Shown here piece by piece: positions 38,450 through 53,000 of a stretch of 64,000 bases of DNA (position 1 is its first letter; each line of letters starts with the position of its first letter). The notes under the pieces were generated by a model. It did no database searches and was not told the origin of the DNA. It saw only the letters and a list, made by a program, of their open reading frames with translations. A program made the position numbers and the translations under genes. Source of the DNA: Eledone cirrhosa (lineage: Eukaryota); contig OZ024744.1 of the NCBI GenBank assembly GCA_964016885.1, positions 13,144,001 through 13,208,000 of the forward strand, in the 5' to 3' direction.

Positions 38450-41400
38450 GTTAAAGCCACTCTCTAAATTGAGGGATCACAACTCCCATACTATGGACAT
38501 GTTGTTAGCATGTCTCAGTAGATCAGAGAGTCATTCCAGTTAAAGCCACTCTCTAAATTGTGAGATCACAACTCCAATTCTATGGACATGGGGTTTGAAA
38601 GACTCAGTAGATTAGAGTGTCATTCCAGTTAAAGCTACTCTCTAAATTGAGAGATCACAACTCCCATACTATCGACATGTGGGTAGAATGTCTCAGTAGA
38701 TCAGAGAGTCACTCAAGTTAAAGCGACTAATTCTCTAAATTGAGAGATCACAACTCCCATGCTATGGACATGTGGTTAGAATGTCTCAGTAGATTAGAGT
38801 GTCACTCCAGTTAAAGCTACTCTCTAAATTGAGAGATTACAACTCCTATACTATGGACATGGGGTTAGAATGTCTCAGTAGATCAGAGTGTCACTCCAGT
38901 TAAAGCCACTCTCTAAATTGAAACATCACAACTCCCATACTATGGACATGGGGTTTGAAAGTCTCAGTAGATTAGAGTGTCACTCCAGTTAAAGCTACTC
39001 TCTAAATTGAGAGATCACAACTCATATACTATGGACATGGGGTTAGAATGTCTCAGTAGATCAGAGTGTCACTCCAGTTAAAGCCACTCTCTAAATTGAG
39101 GGATCACAACTCCCATACTATGGACATGTTGTTAGAATGTCTCAGTAGATCAGAGAGTCACTCCAGTTAAAGCCACTCTCTAAATTGAGAGATCACAACT
39201 CCCATACTATGGACGTGTGGTTAGAATGTCTCAGTAGATCAGAGAATCACTCCAGTTAAAGCTACTCTCTAAATTGAGAGATCACAACTCCCATACTATG
39301 GAAATGTGGTTAGAATGTCTCAGTAGATCAGAGGGTCACTCCAGTTAAGGCCACTCTCTAAATTGAGAGATCACAACTCCAATACTATGGACATGTGGTT
39401 AGAATGTCTCAGTAGATCAGAAGGTCACTCCAGTTAAAGCTACACTCTAAATTGAGAGATCACAACTCCTATACTATGGACATGGGGTTAGAATGTCTCA
39501 GTAGATCAGAGTGTCACTCCAGTTAAAACCACTCTCTAAATTGAGGGATCACAACTCCAATACTATGGAGATGGGGTTTGAATGTCTCAGTAGATCAGAG
39601 AGTCGCTGAAGTTAAAGCCACTCTCTAAATTGAGAGATCACAACTCCAATACTATGGACATGTGGTTAGAATGTCTCAGTAGATCAGAGTGTTACTACAG
39701 TTAGAGCCACTCTCTTAATTGAGAGATCACAACTTCCATAATATGGACATGTGGTTAGAATGTCTCAGTAGATCAGAGAGTCACTCCAGTTAAAGCTACT
39801 CTATAAATTGAGAGATCACAACTCCAATAATATGGACATGTGGTTAGAATGTCTCAGTAGATCAGAGAGTCACTTCAGTTAAAGCCACTCTCTAAATTAA
39901 GAGATCACAACTTCCATACTATGGACATGTGGTTAGAATGTCTCAGTAGATCAGAGAGTCACTCCAGTTAAAGCCACTCTCTAAATTGAGATATCACAAC
40001 TCCAATACTATGGTCATGTGGTTAGAATGTCTCAGTAGATCAGAGAGTCACTCCAGTTAAAGCCACTCTCTAAATTCAGAGATCACAACTCCAACATTAT
40101 GGACATGGGCTTTGAATGTCTCAGTAGATCAGAGAGTCATTCCAGTTAAAGCCACTCTCTAAATTGAGAGATCACAACGCCCGTACTATGGACGTGTGGT
40201 TAGAATGTCTCAGTAGATCAGAGAATCACTCCAGTTAAAGCTACTCTCTAAATTGAGAGATCACAACTCCCACATTATGGAAATGTGGTTACAATGTCTC
40301 AGTAGATCAGAGAGTCACTCCAGTTAAAGCCACTCTCTAAATTAAGAGATCACAACTCCAATAATATGGACATGTGGTTAGAATGTCTCAGTAGATCAGA
40401 AAGTCACTCCAGTTAAAGCTACACTCTAAATTGAGAGATCACAACTCCTATACTATGGACATGGGGTTAGAATGTCTCAGTAGATAGGAGTGTCACTCCA
40501 GTTAAAGCCACTCTCTAAGTTGAGGGATCACAACTCCCATACTATGGACATGTTGTTAGAATGTCTCAGTAGATCAGAGAGTCACTCCAGTTAAAGCCAC
40601 TCTCTAGATTGAGAGATCACAACTCCAATTCTATGGACATGGGGTTTGAATGTCTCAGTAGATCAGAGAATCACTCCAGTTAAAGCCACTCTCTAAATTG
40701 AGAGATCACAACTCCAATACTATGGACATGGGGTTTGAATGTCTCAGTAGATCAGAGAGTCGCTCAAGTTAAAGCCACTGTCTAAATTGAGAGATCACAA
40801 CTCCAATACTATGGACATGTGGTTAGAATGTCTCAGTAGATCAGAGAGTCACTTCAGTTAAAGCCACTCTCTAAATTAAGAGATCACAACTTCCATACTA
40901 TGGACATGTGGTTAGAATGTCTCAGTAGATCAGAGAGTCACTCCAGTTAAAGCTACTCTATAAATTGAGAGATCACAACTCCCATACTATGGACATGTGG
41001 TTAGAATGTCTCAGTAGATCAGAGAGTCACTCCAGTTAAAGCCACTCTCTAAATTGAGGGATCACAACTCCCATACTATGGACATGTTGTTAGCATGTCT
41101 CAGTAGATCAGAGAGTCATTCCAGTTAAAGCCACTCTCTAAATTGTGAGATCACAACTCCAATTCTATGGACATGGGGTTTGAAAGACTCAGTAGATTAG
41201 AGTGTCACTTCAGTTGAAGCTACTCTCTAAATTGAGAGATCACAACTCCAATACTATGGACATGTGGTTAGAATGTCTCAGTAGATCAGAGTGTCACTCC
41301 TGTTAAAGCTACTCTCTAAATTGAGAGATTACAACTCCCATACTATGGACATGTGGTTAGAATGTCTCAGTAGATTAGAGTGTCATTCCAGTTAAAGCTA

Positions 41401-43660
41401 CTCTCTAAATTGAGAGATCACAACTCCCATACTATCGACATGTGGGTAGAATGTCTCAGTAGATCAGAGAGTCACTCCAGTTAAAGCCACTCTCTAAATT
41501 GAAACATCACAACTCCCATACTATGGACATGGGGTTTGAAAGTCTCAGTAGATTAGAGTGTCACTCCAGTTAAAGCTACTCTCTAAATTGAGAGATCACA
41601 ACTCATATACTATGGACATGGGGTTAGAATGTCTCAGTAGATCAGAGTGTCACTCCAGTTAAAGCCACTCTCTAAATTGAGGGATCACAACTCCCATACT
41701 ATGGACATGTTGTTAGAATGTCTCAGTAGATCAGAGAGTCACTCCAGTTAAAGCCACTCTCTAAATTGAGAGATCACAACTCCCATACTATGGACGTGTG
41801 GTTAGAATGTCTCAGTAGATCAGAGAATCACTCCAGTTAAAGCTACTCTCTAAATTGAGAGATCACAACTCCCATACTATGGAAATGTGGTTAGAATGTC
41901 TCAGTAGATCAGAGGGTCACTCCAGTTAAGGCCACTCTCTAAATTGAGAGATCACAACTCCAATACTATGGACATGTGGTTAGAATGTCTCAGTAGATCA
42001 GAAGGTCACTCCAGTTAAAGCTACACTCTAAATTGAGAGATCACAACTCCTATACTATGGACATGGGGTTAGAATGTCTCAGTAGATCAGAGTGTCACTC
42101 CAGTTAAAACCACTCTCTAAATTGAGGGATCACAACTCCCATACTATGGACATGTTGTTAGAATGTCTCTGTAGATCAGAGAGTCACTCCAGTTAAAGCC
42201 ACTCTCTAAATTGAGAGATCACAACTCCAATACTATGGAGATGGGGTTTGAATGTCTCAGTAGATCAGAGAGTCGCTGAAGTTAAAGCCACTCTCTAAAT
42301 TGAGAGATCACAACTCCAATACTATGGACATGTGGTTAGAATGTCTCAGTAGATCAGAGTGTTACTACAGTTAGAGCCACTCTCTTAATTGAGAGATCAC
42401 AACTTCCATAATATGGACATGTGGTTAGAATGTCTCAGTAGATCAGAGAGTCACTCCAGTTAAAGCTACTCTATAAATTGAGAGATCACAACTCCAATAC
42501 TATGGACATGTGGTTAGAATGTCTCAGTAGATCAGAGAGTCACTTCAGTTAAAGCCACTCTCTAAATTAAGAGATCACAACTTCCATACTATGGACATGT
42601 GGTTAGAATGTCTCAGTAGATCAGAGAGTCACTCCAGTTAAAGCCACTCTCTAAATTGAGATATCACAACTCCAATACTATGGTCATGTGGTTAGAATGT
42701 CTCAGTAGATCAGAGAGTCACTCCAGTTAAAGCCACTCTCTAAATTCAGAGATCACAACTCCAACATTATGGACATGGGCTTTGAATGTCTCAGTAGATC
42801 AGAGAGTCATTCCAGTTAAAGCCACTCTCTAAATTGAGAGATCACAACGCCCGTACTATGGACGTGTGGTTAGAATGTCTCAGTAGATCAGAGAATCACT
42901 CCAGTTAAAGCTACTCTCTAAATTGAGAGATCACAACTCCCACATTATGGAAATGTGGTTACAATGTCTCAGTAGATCAGAGAGTCACTCCAGTTAAAGC
43001 CACTCTCTAAATTAAGAGATCACAACTCCAATAATATGGACATGTGGTTAGAATGTCTCAGTAGATCAGAAAGTCACTCCAGTTAAAGCTACACTCTAAA
43101 TTGAGAGATCACAACTCCTATACTATGGACATGGGGTTAGAATGTCTCAGTAGATAGGAGTGTCACTCCAGTTAAAGCCACTCTCTAAGTTGAGGGATCA
43201 CAACTCCCATACTATGGACATGTTGTTAGAATGTCTCAGTAGATCAGAGAGTCACTCCAGTTAAAGCCACTCTCTAGATTGAGAGATCACAACTCCAATT
43301 CTATGGACATGGGGTTTGAATGTCTCAGTAGATCAGAGAATCACTCCAGTTAAAGCCACTCTCTAAATTGAGAGATCACAACTCCAATACTATGGACATG
43401 GGGTTTGAATGTCTCAGTAGATCAGAGAGTCGCTCAAGTTAAAGCCACTGTCTAAATTGAGAGATCACAACTCCAATACTATGGACATGTGGTTAGAATG
43501 TCTCAGTAGATCAGAGAGTCACTTCAGTTAAAGCCACTCTCTAAATTAAGAGATCACAACTTCCATACTATGGACATGTGGTTAGAATGTCTCAGTAGAT
43601 CAGAGAGTCACTCCAGTTAAAGCTACTCTATAAATTGAGAGATCACAACTCCCATACTAT
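38450..43660 (+). repeat. Tandem duplication of an approximately 29-30-monomer block: about 38450-41030 and 41035-43660, with whole-monomer differences between copies
   Basis: TAGCATG at 38506/41091 (offset 2585). GAAACATC at 38920/41501 and CTCATATAC at 39021/41602 (offset 2581). AGTCGCTGAA at 39601/42271, TAGATAGGAG at 40481/43151 and TCTCTAGATT at 40601/43271 (offset 2670 = 30x89). Confidence 0.88.
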
Positions 43661-46279
43661 GGACATGGGGTTTGAATGTCTCAGTAGATCAGAGAGTCAC
43701 TCCAGTTAAAGCCACTCTCTAAATTGAGAGATCACAACTCCAATACTATGGACATGTGGTTAGAATGTCTCAGTAGATCAGAGAGTCACTTCAGTTAAAG
43801 CCACTCTCTAAATTAAGAGATCACAACTTCCATACTATGGACATGTGGTTAGAATGTCTCAGTAGATCAGAGAGTCACTCCAGTTAAAGCCACTCTCTAA
43901 ATTGAGATATCACAACTCCAATACTATGGTCATGTGGTTAGAATGTCTCAGTAGATCAGAGAGTCACTCCAGTTTAAGCCACTCTCTAAATTCAGAGATC
44001 ACAACTCCAACATTATGGACATGGGCTTTGAATGTCTCAGTAGATCAGAGAGTCATTCCAGTTAAAGCCACTCTCTAAATTGAGAGATCACAACGCCCGT
44101 ACTATGGACGTGTGGTTAGAATGTCTCAGTAGATCAGAGAATCACTCCAGTTAAAGCTCCTCTCTAAATTGAGAGATCACAACTCCCACATTATGGAAAT
44201 GTGGTTACAATGTCTCAGTAGATCAGAGAGTCACTCCAGTTAAAGCCACTCTCTAAATTAAGAGATCACAACTCCAATACTATGGACATGTGGTTAGAAT
44301 GTCTCAGTAGATCAGAAAGTCACTCCAGTTAAAGCTACACTCTAAATTAAGAGATCACAACTCCTATACTATGGACATGGGGTTAGAATGTATCAGTAGA
44401 TAGGAGTGTCACTCCAGTTAAAGTTACTCTCTAAATTGAGAGATCACAACTCCAATAATATGGACATGGGGTTTGAATGTCTCAGTAGATCAGAGTGTCA
44501 CTCCAGTTAAAGCTAATCTCTAAATTGAGAGATCACAACTCCAATTCTATGGACATGGGGTTTGAATGTCTCAGTAGATCAGAGAATCACTCCAGTTAAA
44601 GCCACTCTCTAAATTGAGAGATCACAACTCCAATACTATGGACATGGGGTTTGAATGTCTCAGTAGATCAGAGAGTCGCTCAAGTTAAAGCCACTGTCTA
44701 AATTGAGAGATCACAACTCCAATACTATGGACATGTGGTTAGAATGTCTCAGTAGATCAGAGAGTCACTTCAGTTAAAGCCACTCTCTAAATTAAGAGAT
44801 CACAACTTCCATACTATGGACATGTGGTTAGAATGTCTCAGTAGATCAGAGAGTCACTCCAGTTAAAGCCACTCTCTAAATTCAGAGATCACAACTCCAA
44901 CACTATGGACATGGGCTTTGAATGTCTCAGTAGATCAGAGTGTCACTCCAGTTAAAGTTACTTTCTAAATTGAGAGATCACAACTCCAATAATATGGACA
45001 TGGGGTTTGAATGTCTCAGTAGATCAGAGTGTCACTCCAGTTAAAGCTAATCTCTAAATTGAGAGATCACAACTCCAATACTATGGACATGTGGTTAGAA
45101 TGTCTCAGTAGTTCAGAGAGTCATTCCAGTTAAAGCCACTCTCTAAATTGAAAGATCACAACTCCCGTACTATGGACGTGTGGTTAGAATGTCTCAGTAG
45201 ATCAGAGAATCACTCCAGTTAAAGCTACTCTCTAAATTGAGAGATCACAACTCCCATACTATTGAAATGTGGTTAGAATGTCTCAGTAGATCAGAGAGTC
45301 ACTCCAGTTAAGGCCACTCTCTAAATTGAGAGATCACAACTCCAATACTATGGACATTTTTTTAGAATGTCTCAGTAGATCAGAAGGTCACTCCAGTTAA
45401 AGCTACACTCTAAATTGAGAGATCACAACTCCTATACTATGGACATGGGGTTTGAAAGACTCAGTAGATTAGAGTGTCACTTCAGTTGAAGCTACTCTCT
45501 AAATTGAGAGATCACAACTCCAATACTATGGACATGTGGTTAGAATGTCTCAGTAGATCAGAGTGTCACTCCTGTTAAAGCTACTCTCTAAATTGAGAGA
45601 TTACAACTCCCATATTATGGACATGTGGTTAGAATGTCTCAGTAGATTAGAGTGTCATTCCAGTTAAAGCTACTCTCTAAATTGAGAGATCAGAACTCCC
45701 ATACTATGGACATGTGGTTAGAATGTCTCAGTAGACCAGAGAGTCACTCCAGTTAAAGCGTCTAATTCTCTTAATTGAGAGATCACAACTCCCATACTAT
45801 GGACATGTGGTTAGAATGTCTCAGTAGATTAGAGTGTCATTCCAGTTAAAGCTACTCTCTAAATTGAGAGATCACAACTCCAATACTATGGACATGTGGT
45901 TAGAATGTCTCAGTAGATCAGAGTGTCACTCCAGTTAAAGCTACTCTCTAAATTGAGAGATAACAACTCCTATACTATGGACACTGGGTTAGAATGTCTC
46001 AGTAAATCAGAGTGTCACTCCAGTTAAAGTTACTCTCTAAATTGAGAGATCACAACTCCAATAATATGGACATGGAGTTTGAATGTCTCAGTAGATCAGA
46101 GTGTCATTCCAGTTAAAGCCACTCTCTAAATTGAAAGATCACAACTCCCATACTATGGACGTGTGGTTAGAATGTCTCAGTAGATCAGAGAATCACTCCA
46201 GTTAAAGCTACTCTCTAAATTGAGAGATCACATCTCCCATACTATGGACATATGGTTAGAATGTCTCAGTAGATCAGGG

Positions 46280-49200
46280 AGTCACTCCAGTTAAAGCCAC
46301 TCTCTGAATTGAGAGATCACAACTCCAATACTATGGAGATGGGGTTTGAACGTCTCAGTAGATCAGAGAGTCGCTCAAGTTAAAGCCACTCTCTAAATTG
46401 AGAGATCACAACTTCCATACTATGGACATGTGGTTAGAATGTCTCAGTAGATCAGAGAGTCACTCCAGTTAAAGCTACTCTCTAAATTGAGAGATCACAA
46501 CTCCCATACTATCGACATGGGTTTTGAATGTCTCAGTAGATCAGAGAGTCACTCCAGTAAAAGCCACTCTCTAAATTGAGAGATCACAACTCCAATACTA
46601 TGGACATGGGGTTTGAACGTCTCAGTAGATCAGAGAGTCGCTCAAGTTAAAGCCACTCTCTTAATTGAGAGATCACAACTCCAATACTATGGACATGTGC
46701 TTAGAATGTCTCAGTAGATCAGAGAGTCACTTCAGTTAAAGCCACTCTCTAAATTAAGAGATCACAACTTCCATACTATGGACATGTGGTTAGAATGTCT
46801 CAGTAGATCAGAGATTCACTCCAGTTAAAGCCACTCTCTAAATTGAGAGATCACAACTCCAATACTATGGTCATGTGGTTAGAATGTCTCAGTAGATCAG
46901 AGAGTCACTCCAGTTAAAGCCACTCTCTAAATTCAGAGATCACAACTCCAACACTATGGACTTGGGCTTTGAATGTCTCAGTAGATCAGAGAGTCATTCC
47001 AGTTAAAGCCACTCTCTAAATTGAGAGATCACAACTCCCGTACTATGGACGTGTGGTTAGAATGTCTCAGTAGATCAGAGAATCACTCCAGTTAAAGCTA
47101 CTCTCTAAATTGAGAGATCCCAACTCCCACATTATGGAAATATGGTTACAATGTCTCAGTAGATCATAGAGTCACTCCAGTTAAAGCCACTCTCTAAATT
47201 GAGAGATCACAACTCCAATACTATGGACATGTGGTTAGAATGTCTCAGTAGATAAGAAAGTCACTCCAGTTAAAGCTACACTCTAAATTGAGAGATCGCA
47301 ACTCCTATACTATGGACATGTGGTTAGAATGTCTCAGTAGATCAGAGAGTCACTCCAGTTAAAGCCACTCTCTAAATTGAGATATCACAACTCCAATACT
47401 ATGGTCATGTGGTTAGAATGTCTCAGTAGATCAGAGAGTCACTCCAGTTAAAGCCACTCTCTAAATTCAGAGATCACAACTCCAACATTATGGACATGGG
47501 CTTTGAATGTCTCAGTAGATCAGAGAGTCATTCCAGTTAAAGCCACTCTCTAAATTGAGAGATCACAACGCCCGTACTATGGACGTGTGGTTAGAATGTC
47601 TCAGTAGATCAGAGAATCACTCCAGTTAAAGCTCCTCTCTAAATTGAGAGATCACAACTCCCACATTATGGAAATGTGGTTACAATGTCTCAGTAGATCA
47701 GAGAGTCACTCCAGTTAAAGCCACTCTCTAAATTAAGAGATCACAACTCCAATACTATGGACATGTGGTTAGAATGTCTCAGTAGATCAGAAAGTCACTC
47801 CAGTTAAAGCTACACTCTAAATTGAGAGATCACAACTCCTATACTATGGACATGGGGTTAGAATGTCTCAGTAGATAGGAGTGTCACTCCAGTTAAAGCC
47901 ACTCTCTAAGTTGAGGGATCACAACTCCCATACTATGGACATGTGGTTAGAATGTCTCAGTAGATTAGAGTGTCATTCCAGTTAAAGCTACTCTCTAAAT
48001 TGAGAGATCACAACTCCTATACTATGGACATGGGGTTAGAATGTCTCAGTAGATCAGAGTGTCACTCCAGTTAAAGCCACTCTCTCAATTGAGGGATCAC
48101 AACTCCCATACTATGGACATGTTGTTAGAATATCTCAGTAGATCAGAGAGTCACTCCAGTTAAAGCCACTCTCTGAATTGAGAGATCACAACTCCAATAC
48201 TATGGAGATGGGGTTTGAACGTCTCAGTAGATCAGAGAGTCGCTCAAGTTAAAGCCACTCTCTAAATTGAGAGATCACAACTTCCATACTATGGACATGT
48301 GGTTAGAATGTCTCAGTAGATCAGAGAGTCACTCCAGTTAAAGCTACTCTCTAAATTGAGAGATCACAACTCCCATACTATCGACATGGGTTTTGAATGT
48401 CTCAGTAGATCAGAGAGTCACTCCAGTAAAAGCCACTCTCTAAATTGAGAGATCACAACTCCAATACTATGGACATGGGGTTTGAACGTCTCAGTAGATC
48501 AGAGAGTCGCTCAAGTTAAAGCCACTCTCTTAATTGAGAGATCACAACTCCAATACTATGGACATGTGCTTAGAATGTCTCAGTAGATCAGAGAGTCACT
48601 TCAGTTAAAGCCACTCTCTAAATTAAGAGATCACAACTTCCATACTATGGACATGTGGTTAGAATGTCTCAGTAGATCAGAGATTCACTCCAGTTAAAGC
48701 CACTCTCTAAATTGAGAGATCACAACTCCAATACTATGGTCATGTGGTTAGAATGTCTCAGTAGATCAGAGAGTCACTCCAGTTAAAGCCACTCTCTAAA
48801 TTCAGAGATCACAACTCCAACACTATGGACTTGGGCTTTGAATGTCTCAGTAGATCAGAGAGTCATTCCAGTTAAAGCCACTCTCTAAATTGAGAGATCA
48901 CAACTCCCGTACTATGGACGTGTGGTTAGAATGTCTCAGTAGATCAGAGAATCACTCCAGTTAAAGCTACTCTCTAAATTGAGAGATCCCAACTCCCACA
49001 TTATGGAAATATGGTTACAATGTCTCAGTAGATCATAGAGTCACTCCAGTTAAAGCCACTCTCTAAATTGAGAGATCACAACTCCAATACTATGGACATG
49101 TGGTTAGAATGTCTCAGTAGATAAGAAAGTCACTCCAGTTAAAGCTACACTCTAAATTGAGAGATCGCAACTCCTATACTATGGACATGTGGTTAGAATG

Positions 49201-50000
49201 TCTCAGTAGATCAGAGAGTCACTCCAGTTAAAGCCACTCTCTAAATTGAGATATCACAACTCCAATACTATGGTCATGTGGTTAGAATGTCTCAGTAGAT
49301 CAGAGAGTCACTCCAGTTAAAGCCACTCTCTAAATTCAGAGATCACAACTCCAACATTATGGACATGGGCTTTGAATGTCTCAGTAGATCAGAGAGTCAT
49401 TCCAGTTAAAGCCACTCTCTAAATTGAGAGATCACAACGCCCGTACTATGGACGTGTGGTTAGAATGTCTCAGTAGATCAGAGAATCACTCCAGTTAAAG
49501 CTCCTCTCTAAATTGAGAGATCACAACTCCCACATTATGGAAATGTGGTTACAATGTCTCAGTAGATCAGAGAGTCACTCCAGTTAAAGCCACTCTCTAA
49601 ATTAAGAGATCACAACTCCAATACTATGGACATGTGGTTAGAATGTCTCAGTAGATCAGAAAGTCACTCCAGTTAAAGCTACACTCTAAATTGAGAGATC
49701 ACAACTCCTATACTATGGACATGGGGTTAGAATGTCTCAGTAGATAGGAGTGTCACTCCAGTTAAAGCCACTCTCTAAGTTGAGGGATCACAACTCCCAT
49801 ACTATGGACATGTGGTTAGAATGTCTCAGTAGATTAGAGTGTCATTCCAGTTAAAGCTACTCTCTAAATTGAGAGATCACAACTCCTATACTATGGACAT
49901 GGGGTTAGAATGTCTCAGTAGATCAGAGTGTCACTCCAGTTAAAGCCACTCTCTAAATTGAGGGATCACAACTCCCATACTATGGACATGTTGTTAGAAT
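46280..50000 (+). repeat. Tandem duplication of a 21-monomer block (1869 bp): about 46280-48148 and 48149-50000
   Basis: TCTCTGAATT at 46301/48170, GGACATGTGCTT at 46691/48560 and TAGATAGGAG at 47872/49741 all give offset 1869 = 21x89. Confidence 0.9.
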
Positions 50001-53000
50001 GTCTCAGTAGATCAGAGAGTCATTCCAGTTAAAACCACTCTCTAAATTGTGAGATCACAACTCCAATTCTATGGACATGGGGTTTGAAAGACTCAGTAGA
50101 TTAGAGTGTCACTTCAGTTGAAGCTACTCTCTAAATTGAGAGATCACAACTCCAATACTATGGACATGTGGTTAGAATGTCTCAGTAGATCAGAGTGTCA
50201 CTCCTGTTAAAGCTACTCTCTAAATTGAGAGATTACAACTCCCATACTATGGACATGTGGTTAGAATGTCTCAGTAGATTAGAGTGTCATTCCAGTTAAA
50301 GCTACTCTCTAAATTGAGAGATCAGAACTCCCATACTATCGACATGTGGGTAGAATGTCTCAGTGGACCAGAGAGTCACTCCAGTTAAAGCGACTAATTC
50401 TCTAAATTGAGAGATCACAACTCCCATACTATGGACATGTGGTTAGAATGTCTCAGTAGATTAGAGTGTCATTCCAGTTAAAGCTACTCTCTAAATTGAG
50501 AGATCACAACTCCAATACTATGGACATGTGGTTAGAATGTCTCAGTAGATCAGAGTGTCACTCCAGTTAAAGCTACTCTCTAAATTGAGAGATTACAACT
50601 CCTATACTATGGACATGGGGTTAGAATGTCTCAGAAAATCAGAGTGTCACTCCAGTTAAAGCCACTCTCTAAATTGAAACATCACAACTCCCATACTATG
50701 GACATGTTGTTAGAATGTCTCAGTAGATCAGAGAGTCACTCCAGTTAAAGCCACTCTCTAAATTGAGAGATCACAACTCCAATACTATGGACATGGGGTT
50801 TGAAAGTCTCAGTAGATTAGAGTGTCACTCCAGTTAAAGCTACTCTCTAAATTGAGAGATCACAACTCCTATACTATGGACATGGGGTTAAAATGTCTCA
50901 GTAGATCAGAGTGTCACTCCAGTTAAAGCCACTCTCTCAATTGAGGGATCACAACTCCCATACTATGGACATGTTGTTAGAATATCTCAGTAGATCAGAG
51001 AGTCACTCCAGTTAAAGCCACTCTCTGAATTGAGAGATCACAACTCCAATACTATGGAGATGGGGTTTGAACGTCTCAGTAGATCAGAGAGTCGCTCAAG
51101 TTAAAGCCACTCTCTAAATTGAGAGATCACAACTTCCATACTATGGACATGTGGTTAGAATGTCTCAGTAGATCAGAGAGTCACTCCAGTTAAAGCTACT
51201 CTCTAAATTGAGAGATCACAACTCCCATACTATCGACATGGGTTTTGAATGTCTCAGTAGATCAGAGAGTCACTCCAGTAAAAGCCACTCTCTAAATTGA
51301 GAGATCACAACTCCAATACTATGGACATGGGGTTTGAACGTCTCAGTAGATCAGAGAGTCGCTCAAGTTAAAGCCACTCTCTTAATTGAGAGATCACAAC
51401 TCCAATACTATGGACATGTGCTTAGAATGTCTCAGTAGATCAGAGAGTCACTTCAGTTAAAGCCACTCTCTAAATTAAGAGATCACAACTTCCATACTAT
51501 GGACATGTGGTTAGAATGTCTCAGTAGATCAGAGATTCACTCCAGTTAAAGCCACTCTCTAAATTGAGAGATCACAACTCCAATACTATGGTCATGTGGT
51601 TAGAATGTCTCAGTAGATCAGAGAGTCACTCCAGTTAAAGCCACTCTCTAAATTCAGAGATCACAACTCCAACACTATGGACTTGGGCTTTGAATGTCTC
51701 AGTAGATCAGAGAGTCATTCCAGTTAAAGCCACTCTCTAAATTGAGAGATCACAACTCCCGTACTATGGACGTGTGGTTAGAATGTCTCAGTAGATCAGA
51801 GAATCACTCCAGTTAAAGCTACTCTCTAAATTGAGAGATCCCAACTCCCACATTATGGAAATATGGTTACAATGTCTCAGTAGATCATAGAGTCACTCCA
51901 GTTAAAGCCACTCTCTAAATTCAGAGATCACAACTCCAACACTATGGACATGGGCTTTGAATGTCTCAGTAGATCAGAGTGTCACTCCAGTTAAAGTTAC
52001 TCTCTAAATTGAGAGATCGCAACTCCTATACTATGGACATGTGGTTAGAATGTCTCAGTAGATCAGAGAGTCACTCCAGTTAAAGCCACTCTCTAAATTG
52101 AGATATCACAACTCCAATACTATGGACATGTGGTTAGAATGTCTCAGTAGATCAGAGAGTCACTCCAGTTAAAGCCACTCTCTAAATTCAGAGATCACAA
52201 CTCCAACACTATGGACATGGGCTTTGAATGTCTCAGTAGATCAGAGTGTCACTCCAGTTAAAGTTACTCTCTAAATTGAGAGATCACAACTCCAATAATA
52301 TGGACATGGGGTTTGAATGTCTCAGTAGATCAGAGTGTCACTCCAGTTAAAGCTAATCTCTAAATTGAGAGATCACAACTCCAATACTATGGACATGTGG
52401 TTAGAATGTCTCAGTAGATCAGAGAGTCATTCCAGTTAAAGCCACTCTCTAAATTGAAAGATCACAACTCCCGTACTATGGACGTGTGGTTAGAATGTCT
52501 CAGTAGATCAGAGAATCACTCCAGTTAAAGCTACTCTCTAAATTGAGAGATCACAACTCCCATACTATGGAAATGTGGTTAGAATGTCTCAGTAGATCAG
52601 AGAGTCACTCCAGTTAAGGCCACTCTCTAAATTGAGAGATCACAACTCCAATACTATGGACATTTTTTTAGAATGTCTCAGTAGATCAGAAGGTCACTCC
52701 AGTTAAAGCTACACTCTAAATTGAGAGATCACAACTCCTATACTATGGACATGGGGTTTGAAAGACTCAGTAGATTAGAGTGTCACTTCAGTTGAAGCTA
52801 CTCTCTAAATTGAGAGATCACAACTCCAATACTATGGACATGTGGTTAGAATGTCTCAGTAGATCAGAGTGTCACTCCTGTTAAAGCTACTCTCTAAATT
52901 GAGAGATTACAACTCCCATATTATGGACATGTGGTTAGAATGTCTCAGTAGATTAGAGTGTCATTCCAGTTAAAGCTACTCTCTAAATTGAGAGATCAGA

